Source: a virus. Taken from it: DNA of 64,000 nucleotides. The stretch is taken from IMG/VR virus record IMGVR_UViG_3300027997_000002. The stretch is one strand, 5' to 3'. Both the position numbers and the translations under genes were made by a program. Positions 7,862 to 17,502 of the stretch are shown one piece after another; the first letter of the stretch is position 1, and every line of letters starts with the position of its first letter. Under the pieces are notes generated by a model that saw nothing but the letters and a program-made list of their open reading frames with translations, had not been told where the DNA came from and did not search any database.

Positions 7862-9388
7862 ATGCTCCTGGAGCCGAAGGACGTCAAGGGTATCAACGTA
7901 GGCATCAAGCCGAGCCCGCTCTTGTCCGAAGATCTGATGAAGGCTGCACAGGCTGGCAACCCATCGCTGTGGGCGAGCTCGCTTCAGGAGTCCGGAGGCA
8001 GCTGGAACGCCATCTCCCAAGGTCAGGCCGAGTACTGGGGGGAATCTCGAGCTGCACTTGCCGCGCGAGCCGCCGTCGCGTTCGGTGTCCCGAGTAACCT
8101 GCTCATTGAAGGTGCCCCGGTCAACTTTCTCGACGATGTAGTCGACTTCGCGATGACCACTCCTCTAGACGCGGCCCAGCTCGGCATCAAGTTCGCCCAG
8201 ATGGGCATCAGCATCGTCACGAAAGCGCTGTCACCGATACCCATCGTCGGATTGATCGCACAGGCCGTCGGCGGGATCGTCAACGTGATACTGGGGCTCA
8301 ACGAGAAGGATCCGATCGAACGCATGGAGGTGTTCCCCGAGCCGCAAGACTACGTGGACGCGATCGACGCGACCGTCGCCGAGACCGTGCGTATGCAAAT
8401 GAATGAGAGCGACTGGAATCGGCTGTTTGCTCCACGCTTCAAGTCGAGCTTCGAGAGCCAACGTCGCGGGGCAGAGGGCAAGCTCCTCATGTTCATTGGC
8501 ACCGAGTCATCCGACGGCATCGGTTACGTCCCCGGCACGCAGCGGATTATCGGCGGCGTCCAGGTCGGACCCATCGGCAACTCGGGCAGCGTTCAGACCA
8601 GGGCACAAAACCTCGGCGAGTGGTACCCGACCGCCGCGCAGCTCATGACAGCGATGTGGGGTCAGGTCAATGACCCTGGTCCCTATATGTACTTCGTGAA
8701 CGCGAACAAGGTGCGCGACACCTGGGACGACTACGTCTCGGCCGCGATCGAGTACGTCAACGATCATCTCACGCCGCGTGACGCCGGCGACGTCGCAGCG
8801 GGCGCCGCGTTCGCTGAAACCATCGAGGTCGCCGAGCTCAAGGCTGCGATACGACCGTTCTTCAAGGCCACGTTCGACTCGGGCTCCGGGTTCGCCCGGC
8901 AGGACCAGGACTACCGCGGTCTGCGACGCCAGACGATCTTTCAGGCCTACGTCAAACCGGCCATGAAGAAGTTGCGCCAGCGCCAGGAGCACTACCTCGG
9001 AAAGTTGACCTTGGCGTACATCGACCTCGAGGGCGCTGCGTTTCAGGACAAGGCGCTCAAAGCGAAGGCCATCGAGAATCGTAAGATCCTCCTCACGCAC
9101 CCGGCCCGCTTCGAGGTACGACTCTCGGACGTGATCGACTTGGAGTACCGGGCCGCGCTCGTGGACGCCGGCGTCAGAAAGATTCCTCAGATCCCAGGCG
9201 GATTCACAATCGCACCCAGGCCATTCGTCACGGGGGTCCCAGACGCCACACCTGGGCCGATCGAGGGCGGAGCTCCAGGCGCATTCCCCCCGGGGAAAAA
9301 GCGCAGGAACATCCTGCCGTACGTGGTCGTCGGCGCCGGACTCGGCTACCTGGGCTACAAGGCGCTCAAGCGCCGGCGTGTGCTGTAG
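7862..9388 (+). CDS. 508-aa putative virion/DNA-delivery protein with C-terminal TM anchor
   Basis: Internal amphipathic helix pair (aa ~105-145), Pro/Gly linker, C-terminal TM followed by KRRR. Confidence 0.6.
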   Translation: MLLEPKDVKGINVGIKPSPLLSEDLMKAAQAGNPSLWASSLQESGGSWNAISQGQAEYWGESRAALAARAAVAFGVPSNLLIEGAPVNFLDDVVDFAMTTPLDAAQLGIKFAQMGISIVTKALSPIPIVGLIAQAVGGIVNVILGLNEKDPIERMEVFPEPQDYVDAIDATVAETVRMQMNESDWNRLFAPRFKSSFESQRRGAEGKLLMFIGTESSDGIGYVPGTQRIIGGVQVGPIGNSGSVQTRAQNLGEWYPTAAQLMTAMWGQVNDPGPYMYFVNANKVRDTWDDYVSAAIEYVNDHLTPRDAGDVAAGAAFAETIEVAELKAAIRPFFKATFDSGSGFARQDQDYRGLRRQTIFQAYVKPAMKKLRQRQEHYLGKLTLAYIDLEGAAFQDKALKAKAIENRKILLTHPARFEVRLSDVIDLEYRAALVDAGVRKIPQIPGGFTIAPRPFVTGVPDATPGPIEGGAPGAFPPGKKRRNILPYVVVGAGLGYLGYKALKRRRVL

Positions 9389-9397
9389 ACTGGGGCC

Positions 9398-9826
9398 ATG
9401 GCGCGAAAACGGCGCAACGTCCTGCTCATCGGAGCCGGCCTCGGAATCCTCGCCGCTGCTTGGGCCATGCGTTCACGAAAGGCCGCGGCGGCAGGCAGGC
9501 CCGGCCTGATCCGTCCGACCAAGCCTGGACCGCCGAAGGGTGCCATCGACATCGACCCCAGCGCCCCGGAGGGACACCAGGAGGTCTTCGCCAACTACAA
9601 GCAGTTCGTCGATGGCTGCTTCGAACGTGGCGCGGGCCTCGACCAGGAAGACCTCGACCTCGCCGTGCGCACGCTCAAGCTGTGCGCCATGGACGAGATG
9701 TTCCCGAACCACGCGTGGCCACCGGACGCAACGGCCCACCAGTGGCAGCACAATGTGTGGAACGACCTGGACTTTTTGGCCTACGTGCAGGGCAAGTTTC
9801 AGACGCCGGACATCCCCGGACCGTGA
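9398..9826 (+). CDS. Single-pass putative virion membrane protein (WPP family)
   Basis: N-terminal TM flanked by K/R, Pro linker, FPNHAWPP. Confidence 0.65.
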   Translation: MARKRRNVLLIGAGLGILAAAWAMRSRKAAAAGRPGLIRPTKPGPPKGAIDIDPSAPEGHQEVFANYKQFVDGCFERGAGLDQEDLDLAVRTLKLCAMDEMFPNHAWPPDATAHQWQHNVWNDLDFLAYVQGKFQTPDIPGP

Positions 9827-10296
9827 GCTTTGCCGATCAGGTCGGCGAGGCGGCCCTGATCAAGGGCGTCGAGATGGCCACACGTACGTGCTGGCGCTGC
9901 GAGGGCAATAAGATCCTCGTGACCCATAGGGTTAGTAAGCACGGAAACCTCATCGAGGATCGGGTGGACTGTGACGAGTGCGGCGCTACTGGCAAGATTA
10001 TTCCCCACTGGGGGGACGTCCACGTCCAGTGCTTTGTCATGGGGGCGGCGATCGGCGCGATGGATCAGACTCGAAGTGATGAGGCGTACGACTTGGCATG
10101 GGAGATGCTCGACTGGATCCTTGCGTACTTGGCTCGTTGCGTCGATTCGGGGATGGCGGAGCTTCGCAAGGCCCACGGCGATGACGCGCCACAGGTATTG
10201 AGGCAGGCGCTCGGCGTCGAGCCTTGCGATCACGACGGTGCCCCACTGGCCGGCGCGCTCACGACCGACGAGATCGCGGAGCTGCTCAAGTCCTAG
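9823..10296 (+). CDS. Protein with DnaJ-like Zn finger
   Basis: CWRCEG...CDECGATG; GTGA overlap. Confidence 0.55.
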   Translation: MSFADQVGEAALIKGVEMATRTCWRCEGNKILVTHRVSKHGNLIEDRVDCDECGATGKIIPHWGDVHVQCFVMGAAIGAMDQTRSDEAYDLAWEMLDWILAYLARCVDSGMAELRKAHGDDAPQVLRQALGVEPCDHDGAPLAGALTTDEIAELLKS

Positions 10297-10777
10297 CGAG
10301 CCAGTCGCACAACTGGTCAAACGTCCGGCAGTCCGCGCTGCTGCAGTAGTAGCAGTTCTTCGGGCCATGAGGCGTTGGGAAGATATGCTTCTTCCAGCTT
10401 GGCCGCGTCGCCTCCGGGATGGCCAGGATCCCGCAGGTGTACTGGCTGATCACCACCGTGGCATGGGGTGTGGGCTTTTTGTCGCAGGACTTGACGTCGT
10501 CGACGATGATCTTGGGATGGGGATAATCCGACGGTCCAGTGAAGTAGGTGCGCCGCGCCTTGCAGGCGATCCTGCGGCACAAGCCACTTCGGCTGTAGAC
10601 GCGGATGTCGATCTTGTCGGTGTAGAGGTGGTTGAGCCTGGAGTCTGGCGAGATCCATAACTCGTCGACCTCTGCCTCCAGCTCGCGCACCCGAAACCGC
10701 GCGGCGAGCCAGCACTGCCACTCGTAGCCCTCCTTGAGGAGGTCGACCCATCCCTCGTGGCTAGTTACTGTCCTCAT
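10286..10777 (-). CDS. PD-(D/E)XK-fold nuclease-like protein
   Basis: D-x-x-DI-x-V...I-A-C-K pattern, helix-first topology. Confidence 0.45.
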   Translation of the reverse strand: MRTVTSHEGWVDLLKEGYEWQCWLAARFRVRELEAEVDELWISPDSRLNHLYTDKIDIRVYSRSGLCRRIACKARRTYFTGPSDYPHPKIIVDDVKSCDKKPTPHATVVISQYTCGILAIPEATRPSWKKHIFPTPHGPKNCYYCSSADCRTFDQLCDWLART

Positions 10778-11162
10778 CGTCGATCTCGAGTCCGATCATG
10801 GCCATGGTCACGTTGTACTCGACCTCCTCGATGCCGAGCCCGATCGCGGCGGCGATTGCCCTGGCGACGGCGTCATCCTCGAGGTTGACGTAGCAAGCCT
10901 GCAGACCCTCGCGCCTGCGCAGTCGAGCCTCGGGGAGTCGCTCCCTGGGAATGCAGCAGCCGTCGAACCAGATGAATCCAGGCGGGCACCGCGGCTGCGG
11001 CCGGAGCCCAACGCCGCCGCCTGGTGGAGCTGGCGGAGGCGGCGGCGGCGGCGGCGGGACGAAATCCTCGAAGATCGGTTGAGCGCGTGAATCAACCGTG
11101 TAGAGCACGTCGACGGTCGCGGAGATCGTCTGCGCCTTCGTATCGACGGTCAAAAACGGCAT
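10761..11162 (-). CDS. Poly-Pro protein with CPPG...CC motif
   Basis: P9 tract then CPPGFIWFDGCC; TGATG coupling. Confidence 0.55.
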   Translation of the reverse strand: MPFLTVDTKAQTISATVDVLYTVDSRAQPIFEDFVPPPPPPPPPAPPGGGVGLRPQPRCPPGFIWFDGCCIPRERLPEARLRRREGLQACYVNLEDDAVARAIAAAIGLGIEEVEYNVTMAMIGLEIDDEDSN

Positions 11163-11830
11163 CAGGTGAACGGTGTCGTGCGATGGGTGGCCACGGACCC
11201 TTCGGCGTCAACGATGGTCGTGATCAGGTAAAACGGGTTGCCAGCCGTGAGCAGGTCCCCGAGGTGGGTGACGTCAAAGTGGCCCTGGGCATCCGCGGCG
11301 AGCACGACCTCTGTGAATAGCAAAACGCCGCCGGTCGGGTCGAAGAAGTCGATCGTGCATGAGATGAGACCGGCGGTGATCGTTGTCCCTTTGCGGTTGA
11401 GCCACGCCGTGAACCTGGTCGTGCCACCGGCTGGGGGCTGGAAGGTCGCACCGATGTGGGTCTGGGTGTCCAGCTCGCGGAGATCGATGACGTCGTTGTC
11501 CGTGAGCACGCGAGCGCCGATGGTCGCCTCGTACTCGGCGACCAGCCACCTGGTGGTGGCCAGGAGGTTGGTGAAGGCTGCGACGTCGAGGCCGCCGTCG
11601 AAGGCGAAGAAGTTGCCACCGAGGGCGGTCAAGGTGGCTTGCCTTGTTACCCAGCCGACGGTCTTGAACGTGTTGTCGGAGAAATCGAGATACAAAGGCA
11701 GCGGAGCCTGTGGTGCGCTCGCGTCTCGGATCGCGAACACGGCCCCTGCAGCCGCTGGCAACTGCGGCGAGATGCTGAGCGAGATCTCGGCATTCGTGTC
11801 GTTTCGCTCAACTAGGATCGTCGTGCCCAC
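11162..11830 (-). CDS. Beta-rich putative structural protein (Ig-like pattern)
   Basis: 222 aa, alternating hydrophobic strands, downstream of spike gene. Confidence 0.6.
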   Translation of the reverse strand: MGTTILVERNDTNAEISLSISPQLPAAAGAVFAIRDASAPQAPLPLYLDFSDNTFKTVGWVTRQATLTALGGNFFAFDGGLDVAAFTNLLATTRWLVAEYEATIGARVLTDNDVIDLRELDTQTHIGATFQPPAGGTTRFTAWLNRKGTTITAGLISCTIDFFDPTGGVLLFTEVVLAADAQGHFDVTHLGDLLTAGNPFYLITTIVDAEGSVATHRTTPFT

Positions 11831-11833
11831 GTG

Positions 11834-12073
11834 CTACTCGGTTGCTCCCGGTGGCGGGTCGGTACCGTCGGGTGTCTCAACGATCTTGACACCGGTTGGC
11901 GCGGGCTCCTCCTCCTCCGCGATGGGCTGGAGACCACCGAGCGCATTGAGCATGTTCTGCTTGTGCTGAATCTTGGCCTTGAGGCGGGCGATCTCAGCCT
12001 GGAGATCGTCGGCGAGCTGCTGGCCGAGGCCTACGGGCATCTTCACGTTCGACGGTTGATTCGGTTGGTTCAT
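11834..12073 (-). CDS. Small coiled-coil protein
   Basis: Heptad LADDLQAEIARLKAKI. Confidence 0.55.
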   Translation of the reverse strand: MNQPNQPSNVKMPVGLGQQLADDLQAEIARLKAKIQHKQNMLNALGGLQPIAEEEEPAPTGVKIVETPDGTDPPPGATE

Positions 12074-12294
12074 CGTTTGAGCTCCGCAAGCCGCTTCTCG
12101 ATCTGGGCTATCTCGGCGTCCTTGGTAGCCCGGGCGTCGGCTGCGTTGTCGATGTCGAGCTGGGCCTCGTCAGCCGGCTCGGTGAGCTGCCGGATCGCGT
12201 CGAGGAGAAACCTCTGATCGCCCTGGCCGATGCCAGCGGCTGTCGCCATTGCGGCGGCACGTGTTGTCACTTTGTTCCATTGGTCCTGTGTCAT
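12070..12294 (-). CDS. Small coiled-coil protein
   Basis: MTQDQWNK...EIAQIEKRLAELKR; ATGA overlap. Confidence 0.55.
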   Translation of the reverse strand: MTQDQWNKVTTRAAAMATAAGIGQGDQRFLLDAIRQLTEPADEAQLDIDNAADARATKDAEIAQIEKRLAELKR

Positions 12295-12305
12295 GCGATC
12301 TGTCC

Positions 12306-13877
12306 TTAGACCCAGACTGCGATCCAGTGCGCTACGCCGGCGACGTCGATCTCGACCCACTGGGCCTGAGCTGCTGCGGTGGGTCCAGCGCCACCGATGG
12401 TACCAAGGGTCGCGGCTGCTCCGCCACCGAGCGCGATGCCGTTGTTGATGTCGACGCGGCCGTCGAATCGTGAGAGTCCGCTGGAAACCCAAAGTGCCGC
12501 GTTCAAAGCGGTACCTTCCGTAGGAGCGTTCGCCACGATGAGCGTCGCTGCGTTCGTCACCGTACCGCCGCTTAGGGTGATGCCCGGTTCCACGAGCTGC
12601 ATCGTTGCGACGCGGCCCATCGCGTTGCCGGCGAGATCGACGTTGGCGCCCGGTGAGAAGAGGACGTCGAACCAGTCACCAGCGAGGTTGACGGTCCGGG
12701 CTCCCGGAGACCATGCGAGCCACCAGTTGGCGGTCCCGTCCGGGTTGAGGGCATCGCCGAAGACGAGTGTGGCCGCGGCGTCAGCCGCTCCGCTCGGCGA
12801 CCACTTGAAGCCGGCGCCGGTACTCGAGCTGAACTCGACCACGTTGGCGGTGGCCTGGACGTCCATGTCGATGCCCTCGTTGTTGGCACCGCCGACTCCG
12901 ATGAATCGGGCGACCCCAGCTGAGGAGCGCAGGAGCTCGACCCGGTTGCCGGCGACGGTGCCCAGCACGAGGCTGACGCCGTCGTTCATGTGAATGTCGC
13001 CCGCGAAGGTCGAGATCGCCACGCCGGCCTGGCGGATGAACGTCCCCACCGCCATCGCCGAGTTGATGCCGCGCAGTGTTGTGATGCCAGCCGCAGGGAT
13101 GGCCGGGAAGTCGATGAGGTTGAGCGTGCCGATCGTGCCGCCGGCCGTGAACGACGGGGCCTTCGGCGCAAAGTAGTTGACCAGCAAAATCGTCGCGGCA
13201 CCTACCGACGCGTTGACGATCGCCGTGCAAAACAACGCCTCGTGCGACGTGACCGTGATGCTGCCCGCGATATTGGGCCCTACGCGAAGCTGCGAACGAA
13301 CGGCATTTTGCTGCGCGACAGTCCGAGCCCCGCCGGCCGGCCCTGTACGCAGGAGCGGCTGATTGATCAGCGTGTAGATCGGCCCGCTGTTGGCGCCCTC
13401 GCAGGTGATGATCGTGCCCTGCGTGAATAGGCTTTGCGTGTTGAACAGGTTGCCCTGATCGGTGACGATGCACTCGCCGGCCCACGCCACGAAGTTGGGC
13501 GCAGTGTCATTGCCGATCCCGCCGCCGCCAGGGATCGCGGTTGTTACGCTCGACGTCCACGAGAACGCAGCCCCGTCGGTCCCTATCGTTGTTTGCGTGC
13601 CGCCGTCCGGCATGTATACCGCGCTGCCGTAGCTCGTCGGATCGTCGATGAAACTCCACACGCGCCGCGCCGACGGGCCCCAGTCCATCACGGCCGGGGA
13701 GTCCGGATCGATCGCGAATACCGTGTCGGGGGTGTTGTCCCGAATGCGGAAGACGTTGCCGATCGGCGCGGCGTTGTCGACGACGGTCAGCGGGCCGATC
13801 GCGGGGTCGACCGTAATGGTGCCGTCGCCGCTGATGTCGTACGCGAGTTGCAGCGGCGTGATCTTGATGGCGCCCAT
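12306..13877 (-). CDS. Putative spike/receptor-binding protein (beta-helical, Gly/Ala/Thr-rich)
   Basis: 523 aa, low charge, beta repeats, C-terminus ...QWVEIDVAGVAHWIAVWV. Confidence 0.65.
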   Translation of the reverse strand: MGAIKITPLQLAYDISGDGTITVDPAIGPLTVVDNAAPIGNVFRIRDNTPDTVFAIDPDSPAVMDWGPSARRVWSFIDDPTSYGSAVYMPDGGTQTTIGTDGAAFSWTSSVTTAIPGGGGIGNDTAPNFVAWAGECIVTDQGNLFNTQSLFTQGTIITCEGANSGPIYTLINQPLLRTGPAGGARTVAQQNAVRSQLRVGPNIAGSITVTSHEALFCTAIVNASVGAATILLVNYFAPKAPSFTAGGTIGTLNLIDFPAIPAAGITTLRGINSAMAVGTFIRQAGVAISTFAGDIHMNDGVSLVLGTVAGNRVELLRSSAGVARFIGVGGANNEGIDMDVQATANVVEFSSSTGAGFKWSPSGAADAAATLVFGDALNPDGTANWWLAWSPGARTVNLAGDWFDVLFSPGANVDLAGNAMGRVATMQLVEPGITLSGGTVTNAATLIVANAPTEGTALNAALWVSSGLSRFDGRVDINNGIALGGGAAATLGTIGGAGPTAAAQAQWVEIDVAGVAHWIAVWV

Positions 13878-13889
13878 TGGCGACCTACC

Positions 13890-14288
13890 TTATCGCACGA
13901 CTCGGAAGCCCTGGCGGATGGTCTGCTCGTCGCGTCCTGGGCGAAGCTTCTCGTCGACCGTGGCGGCGACCAGGTTGACGATGGCGCCGTACTGCTCCGC
14001 GAGCTGGGTCCCGGGCTTGGGCGGCCAATCGTGCTGAGGCATCGCTCGATAGAACATCCGAGCCACGATCTCGTCGGGCGTGTTGGCCCCCTCGGCCACG
14101 GCCCGCTTGACCTGGCGCGAGCCCTCGCGCATCAGGTGGTTCCAGTCGGTTATCTGAAGCAGCGAGCCCTCGAGTACGATCCCGATGTTGGACGGAAGCG
14201 CCCGACGCCTTCGCTTGCGCTTGCTTCTTTGCGCGACAACGACGAGCAAAGCGCCCGCCAATAGCAGTGGAACCGCACGGTTCGCCAT
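13890..14288 (-). CDS. Single-pass putative virion membrane protein (WPP family)
   Basis: MANRAVPLLLAGALLVVV + RSKRKRRRR; MPQHDWPP. Confidence 0.65.
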   Translation of the reverse strand: MANRAVPLLLAGALLVVVAQRSKRKRRRRALPSNIGIVLEGSLLQITDWNHLMREGSRQVKRAVAEGANTPDEIVARMFYRAMPQHDWPPKPGTQLAEQYGAIVNLVAATVDEKLRPGRDEQTIRQGFRVVR

Positions 14289-14297
14289 GCGTGGCCA

Positions 14298-14321
14298 GTC
14301 TACCACCTGGTTGTGGTAGGC
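14298..14321. promoter_or_regulatory. Inverted repeat filling a very short divergent intergenic gap
   Basis: CTACCAC-ctggtt-GTGGTAG (14300-14319). Confidence 0.4.
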
Positions 14322-14325
14322 TCGA

Positions 14326-14670
14326 TTGATGCCCGTTCCGCTCGGCAGATGGCCCAGTATTCCGGCTGTTCGCGAGATCCCAAGCGGCGAGCTCGTCATC
14401 TCCCGCGCTCAAAAGCGCGTCCACATGACGACCGAGGCCTTTGCGGTCGCGATCATCGTGCCGTGGATGCTGAGCCTGGCCTTTCGCAAGAATCCGCGGA
14501 TCACGCGCCTGGACAAGTTCGCCGCGCTCTTCGTTGCGGCGGGGACCCTCGTGGTCGACGGTGGCCTCCTGCTCCAGTTCTCGAAGCGCAGGAAGACGAA
14601 GGACGGCGCTGTGGCTGGCCGACTTCGGGACCCAGACGTCATCGACACCACGGCTGTCGAGGTCGCGTGA
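14326..14670 (+). CDS. Two-TM membrane protein
   Basis: Two hydrophobic helices separated by RKNPR; start codon uncertain. Confidence 0.55.
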   Translation: MMPVPLGRWPSIPAVREIPSGELVISRAQKRVHMTTEAFAVAIIVPWMLSLAFRKNPRITRLDKFAALFVAAGTLVVDGGLLLQFSKRRKTKDGAVAGRLRDPDVIDTTAVEVA

Positions 14671-15083
14671 GCAGGAGTCAGCCGGTCCAGGCGTTGCGCT
14701 GTGTCCGCGAGGGCTGTCACGGCACCCGGCTTATCGGGAGGCTCCTTTGCAAGCTTTGCTGGTGGCGGACACCTCCAGAGCTACAGGAAGCCTGGAAGGA
14801 GGCCGGTGAGGCCAAGGACACAGCGAAGCAGGCCCACCTGGCCGTCCTGGCCGCCGAGGTACTCGTCGCTGCTGACGAGCTGGGGGCCTTCTGGGGACGC
14901 ATCTTGCTGCGGGGCTGGCGCGGATGGCCCCGGGTAGGCCCGGTGACCTGCATGGACTGTGGCCAAAGATGGGAGAGTCCGCACGGGCTCGACCTAGTCG
15001 GTGATCCGCGCTGCTGCGGGAAGCTACGCTGGCAGCGGCTCTATAAGCTGGTGGATGGTTGGCCCGGAGCTGCCAACGGGTAG
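14667..15083 (+). CDS. Cys-rich Zn-binding protein
   Basis: CxxxxC, CKLC, CMDC, CC; GTGA overlap. Confidence 0.55.
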   Translation: MSRSQPVQALRCVREGCHGTRLIGRLLCKLCWWRTPPELQEAWKEAGEAKDTAKQAHLAVLAAEVLVAADELGAFWGRILLRGWRGWPRVGPVTCMDCGQRWESPHGLDLVGDPRCCGKLRWQRLYKLVDGWPGAANG

Positions 15084-15728
15084 ATGGCGATCTCGAGCAC
15101 AGTTCGGCTGGCCATGATCGGCGCGGCATTCGGAGTCGGGGCCGCGCTGCTCAAGCGTGCGACCGGGCGAGCTCGGCCGACCTGCAGTTACCCGGGGCCG
15201 CGTCCGAGGAGTCGTGGTCCCGCGTTCTACCAGGGCGACCCGTGTCCGGTGTGGCCAGTGCGTACCGAGCATAGCCGCGGCGGAGAGGTCGCGTTCGAGG
15301 ACGGTGGCTTCCACGGCAACATGAGCCGTCGGTTCAGCGCGTGCCGGGATGGCTGCAGTCGTCATCACGCCGGCGTCGATCTCTACGCGCGAGCTGGCGA
15401 CGTCGTGCAAGCAGCGGAGGCCGGGATCGTCGTACGCAATCAATCCTTCGCCGGCGGCCTGCGTGCGGTGCTGATCGCGAGTCAATGGGGGACGCTGCTT
15501 TACGGCGAGGTCGACGATGTCATGGTCAAGGTCGGGGACCGTGTGGGTAAGGGCCAACCGATCGCACGTGTCGGACTTTGGCCAAGCGGGAGCCACATGC
15601 TCCATTTCGAAAGCTACTTTCTCGGCACGACACAAAACAGGCGATGGCATAAAAAAGCGCCGGCCGAGCTCCGAGACCCGACCGACTTCCTGCTCAGGGC
15701 GCAGGCGAGCCTGTCCAAGGTCGCGTGA
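15084..15728 (+). CDS. M23-family peptidoglycan endopeptidase with N-terminal anchor
   Basis: HHAGVDL (HxxxD) and HMLHFE (HxH) zinc motifs, VKVGDRVGKGQPIARVG. Confidence 0.85.
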   Translation: MAISSTVRLAMIGAAFGVGAALLKRATGRARPTCSYPGPRPRSRGPAFYQGDPCPVWPVRTEHSRGGEVAFEDGGFHGNMSRRFSACRDGCSRHHAGVDLYARAGDVVQAAEAGIVVRNQSFAGGLRAVLIASQWGTLLYGEVDDVMVKVGDRVGKGQPIARVGLWPSGSHMLHFESYFLGTTQNRRWHKKAPAELRDPTDFLLRAQASLSKVA

Positions 15729-16510
15729 CGCTGCCGCCAATGGGGTCGACCCCGCTCGAGACAGCTCGCTGGCTCGCCGAGGCCATTTCCTTTTGGAACG
15801 AGGAGAAGGCCAAGGGGAAGGTCGACGACGTCACGCAGGACTTCCTATTCGCCACCATCGACCTGCGTCACATCACCACTCGAGTCAAGCGCAAGTGGTA
15901 CCGAACGAGCCGCACCAAGAAGATCGGAATCTGCTTCCACCACAGCGCCGTGCTCGGCGGCTTCGGCGTCGACCGTCGCCTGATCGCCCAGTACAAGGGC
16001 GGCAAGAAGGCGAGCTTCGAGCTAGAGAACGTGCGTGGTCTCGAGCCTCGGCCCGACGAGCTTGCGCGCGCCATGGCCCTTGCGCATCGCTACTTCGGGG
16101 ACCCGCCGCGCAAGTTCAACGAGGGGGTCCCCTACCACGCCATCCACGGACCCAACTCCGTGCTCTACCTCAACCTGCCGTTCGACTGGGTGACCTGGCA
16201 CGGCAACGCCTCCAACCGCAACTTCCTCGGCGTGGCCTGGGACGCACTCTCCACCAGGGAGTCGCCGGCGGCCAAGGACATCCTCGAAGACGTCGGCCAC
16301 CTGGTCGAGCTCGGTCGTGGCGAAGGTCACCCTCTGACCGAGATCACCTGCCACTGCGCCTACACGCGCAAGCCCCAGGACCCGGGCGCTGAGTTCATCG
16401 AGACCGTCATCGTACCCGCAGCCAAGGAGCACGGCTGCGTCATCCGTTGGGACTTCAAGTCGAAGAAGACCGCGCGGTCGCTCCGCGAGGTCCTGGCCGC
16501 CGCAGCTTGA
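15725..16510 (+). CDS. N-acetylmuramoyl-L-alanine amidase (Amidase_2-like)
   Basis: ICFHHSA, PYHAI, WHGNASN, H...K.DPG. Confidence 0.75.
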   Translation: MTLPPMGSTPLETARWLAEAISFWNEEKAKGKVDDVTQDFLFATIDLRHITTRVKRKWYRTSRTKKIGICFHHSAVLGGFGVDRRLIAQYKGGKKASFELENVRGLEPRPDELARAMALAHRYFGDPPRKFNEGVPYHAIHGPNSVLYLNLPFDWVTWHGNASNRNFLGVAWDALSTRESPAAKDILEDVGHLVELGRGEGHPLTEITCHCAYTRKPQDPGAEFIETVIVPAAKEHGCVIRWDFKSKKTARSLREVLAAAA

Positions 16511-16796
16511 GCTTCAACTCGCACTCGCGCTCGGGATGCTTCTTGCGATAGTGGTGGACCATGTCCTTGTAGGTCAGCTTGCAGATCGGGCACACGGCAG
16601 TGCGCTCGTAGAACCAGTCGCCGTCACCTTGGTCCGAGTCGGAAATGTTGCCCATGCCACCCTCGTCGTGACTGGACCGGTCCCGGCCGAGGGACGCGCG
16701 GCTCACTGCCGTTCCAGTGTTACTCGAGACCCCAACCTCGCCAGGATCGAGCTGGCAAAGCATGCAGTTCGCAGGGTCCTTGCAGATGCAGCTCAC
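16455..16796 (-). CDS. Cys/His Zn-finger protein
   Basis: CIC...C..C and CPIC...HYRKKH; overlaps amidase 3' end convergently. Confidence 0.45.
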   Translation of the reverse strand: MSCICKDPANCMLCQLDPGEVGVSSNTGTAVSRASLGRDRSSHDEGGMGNISDSDQGDGDWFYERTAVCPICKLTYKDMVHHYRKKHPERECELKLKLRRPGPRGATARSSST

Positions 16797-17482
16797 ACCA
16801 TACCGAGCGCAGCTAGAGAAACGGTCCCACGGCGCGTGACGACGATGTGATCGAGCACGGGCACGCCCATGACTCGCCCTACCTCTACCAATCGACTCGT
16901 TAGCCCGATGTCCGCCTCACTCGGCTCCGGATCGCCAGAGGGGTGGTTGTGGGCAATGATGACCGAGTGTGCGCCGAGCTTGACGGCGTCGCGAAAGACC
17001 TCGCGCGGGTGTACGTCGACCTGGGCGAGCGACCCCATGCCAACCTGGAGCACGTCGATGACTTTCTGGCGTCCGCTCAGCAGGATAACCACGAAGCTCT
17101 CCTGCTCGTTGCGGCCGAGGATCCGACGCAAGAAGCGCGAGACATCCTGCGGCTCCCGCAGGTGCGTCCCGCGGGCGAGGACCTCGCAGTTGGCGTCGCA
17201 GATGTCGACCAGGGTGAACGCGGCCCTCAGGCGCCGGGCTTGGAGTGCGGTGGCTCCGAGCTCGCGGAAGCCGGCTTCTGTCGTTTGGGCGAGTCCGCGG
17301 CCGGAGGGGTGGGACTCGAGGAGACGCTTGGCGGTCTTCTCGCTGACGCCTGTCACGTCGCGAAGTGCTTGCATGGCCTCGTTCGCCGGTGGTAGCAGCG
17401 AGCGTTTGACGTTGCGCTTGAGCGCACGCTTGAGCCTACTGGCCCGGTTGATGCTGATGACGGCTTGCTTGCGCTTGGCCAT
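16793..17482 (-). CDS. radC: RadC-family JAB-domain protein with HhH N-terminus
   Basis: QESF, HPREVF, AHNHPSGDPEPSEAD, LDHIVV. Confidence 0.9.
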   Translation of the reverse strand: MAKRKQAVISINRASRLKRALKRNVKRSLLPPANEAMQALRDVTGVSEKTAKRLLESHPSGRGLAQTTEAGFRELGATALQARRLRAAFTLVDICDANCEVLARGTHLREPQDVSRFLRRILGRNEQESFVVILLSGRQKVIDVLQVGMGSLAQVDVHPREVFRDAVKLGAHSVIIAHNHPSGDPEPSEADIGLTSRLVEVGRVMGVPVLDHIVVTRRGTVSLAALGMV

Positions 17483-17502
17483 GGCGTCGATGGTACCAGG
17501 GG

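Noticed and set aside
11030-11058. GGC microsatellite as a phase-variation tract
   Set aside because: Trinucleotide unit encoding in-frame poly-Pro; slippage would not shift the frame.
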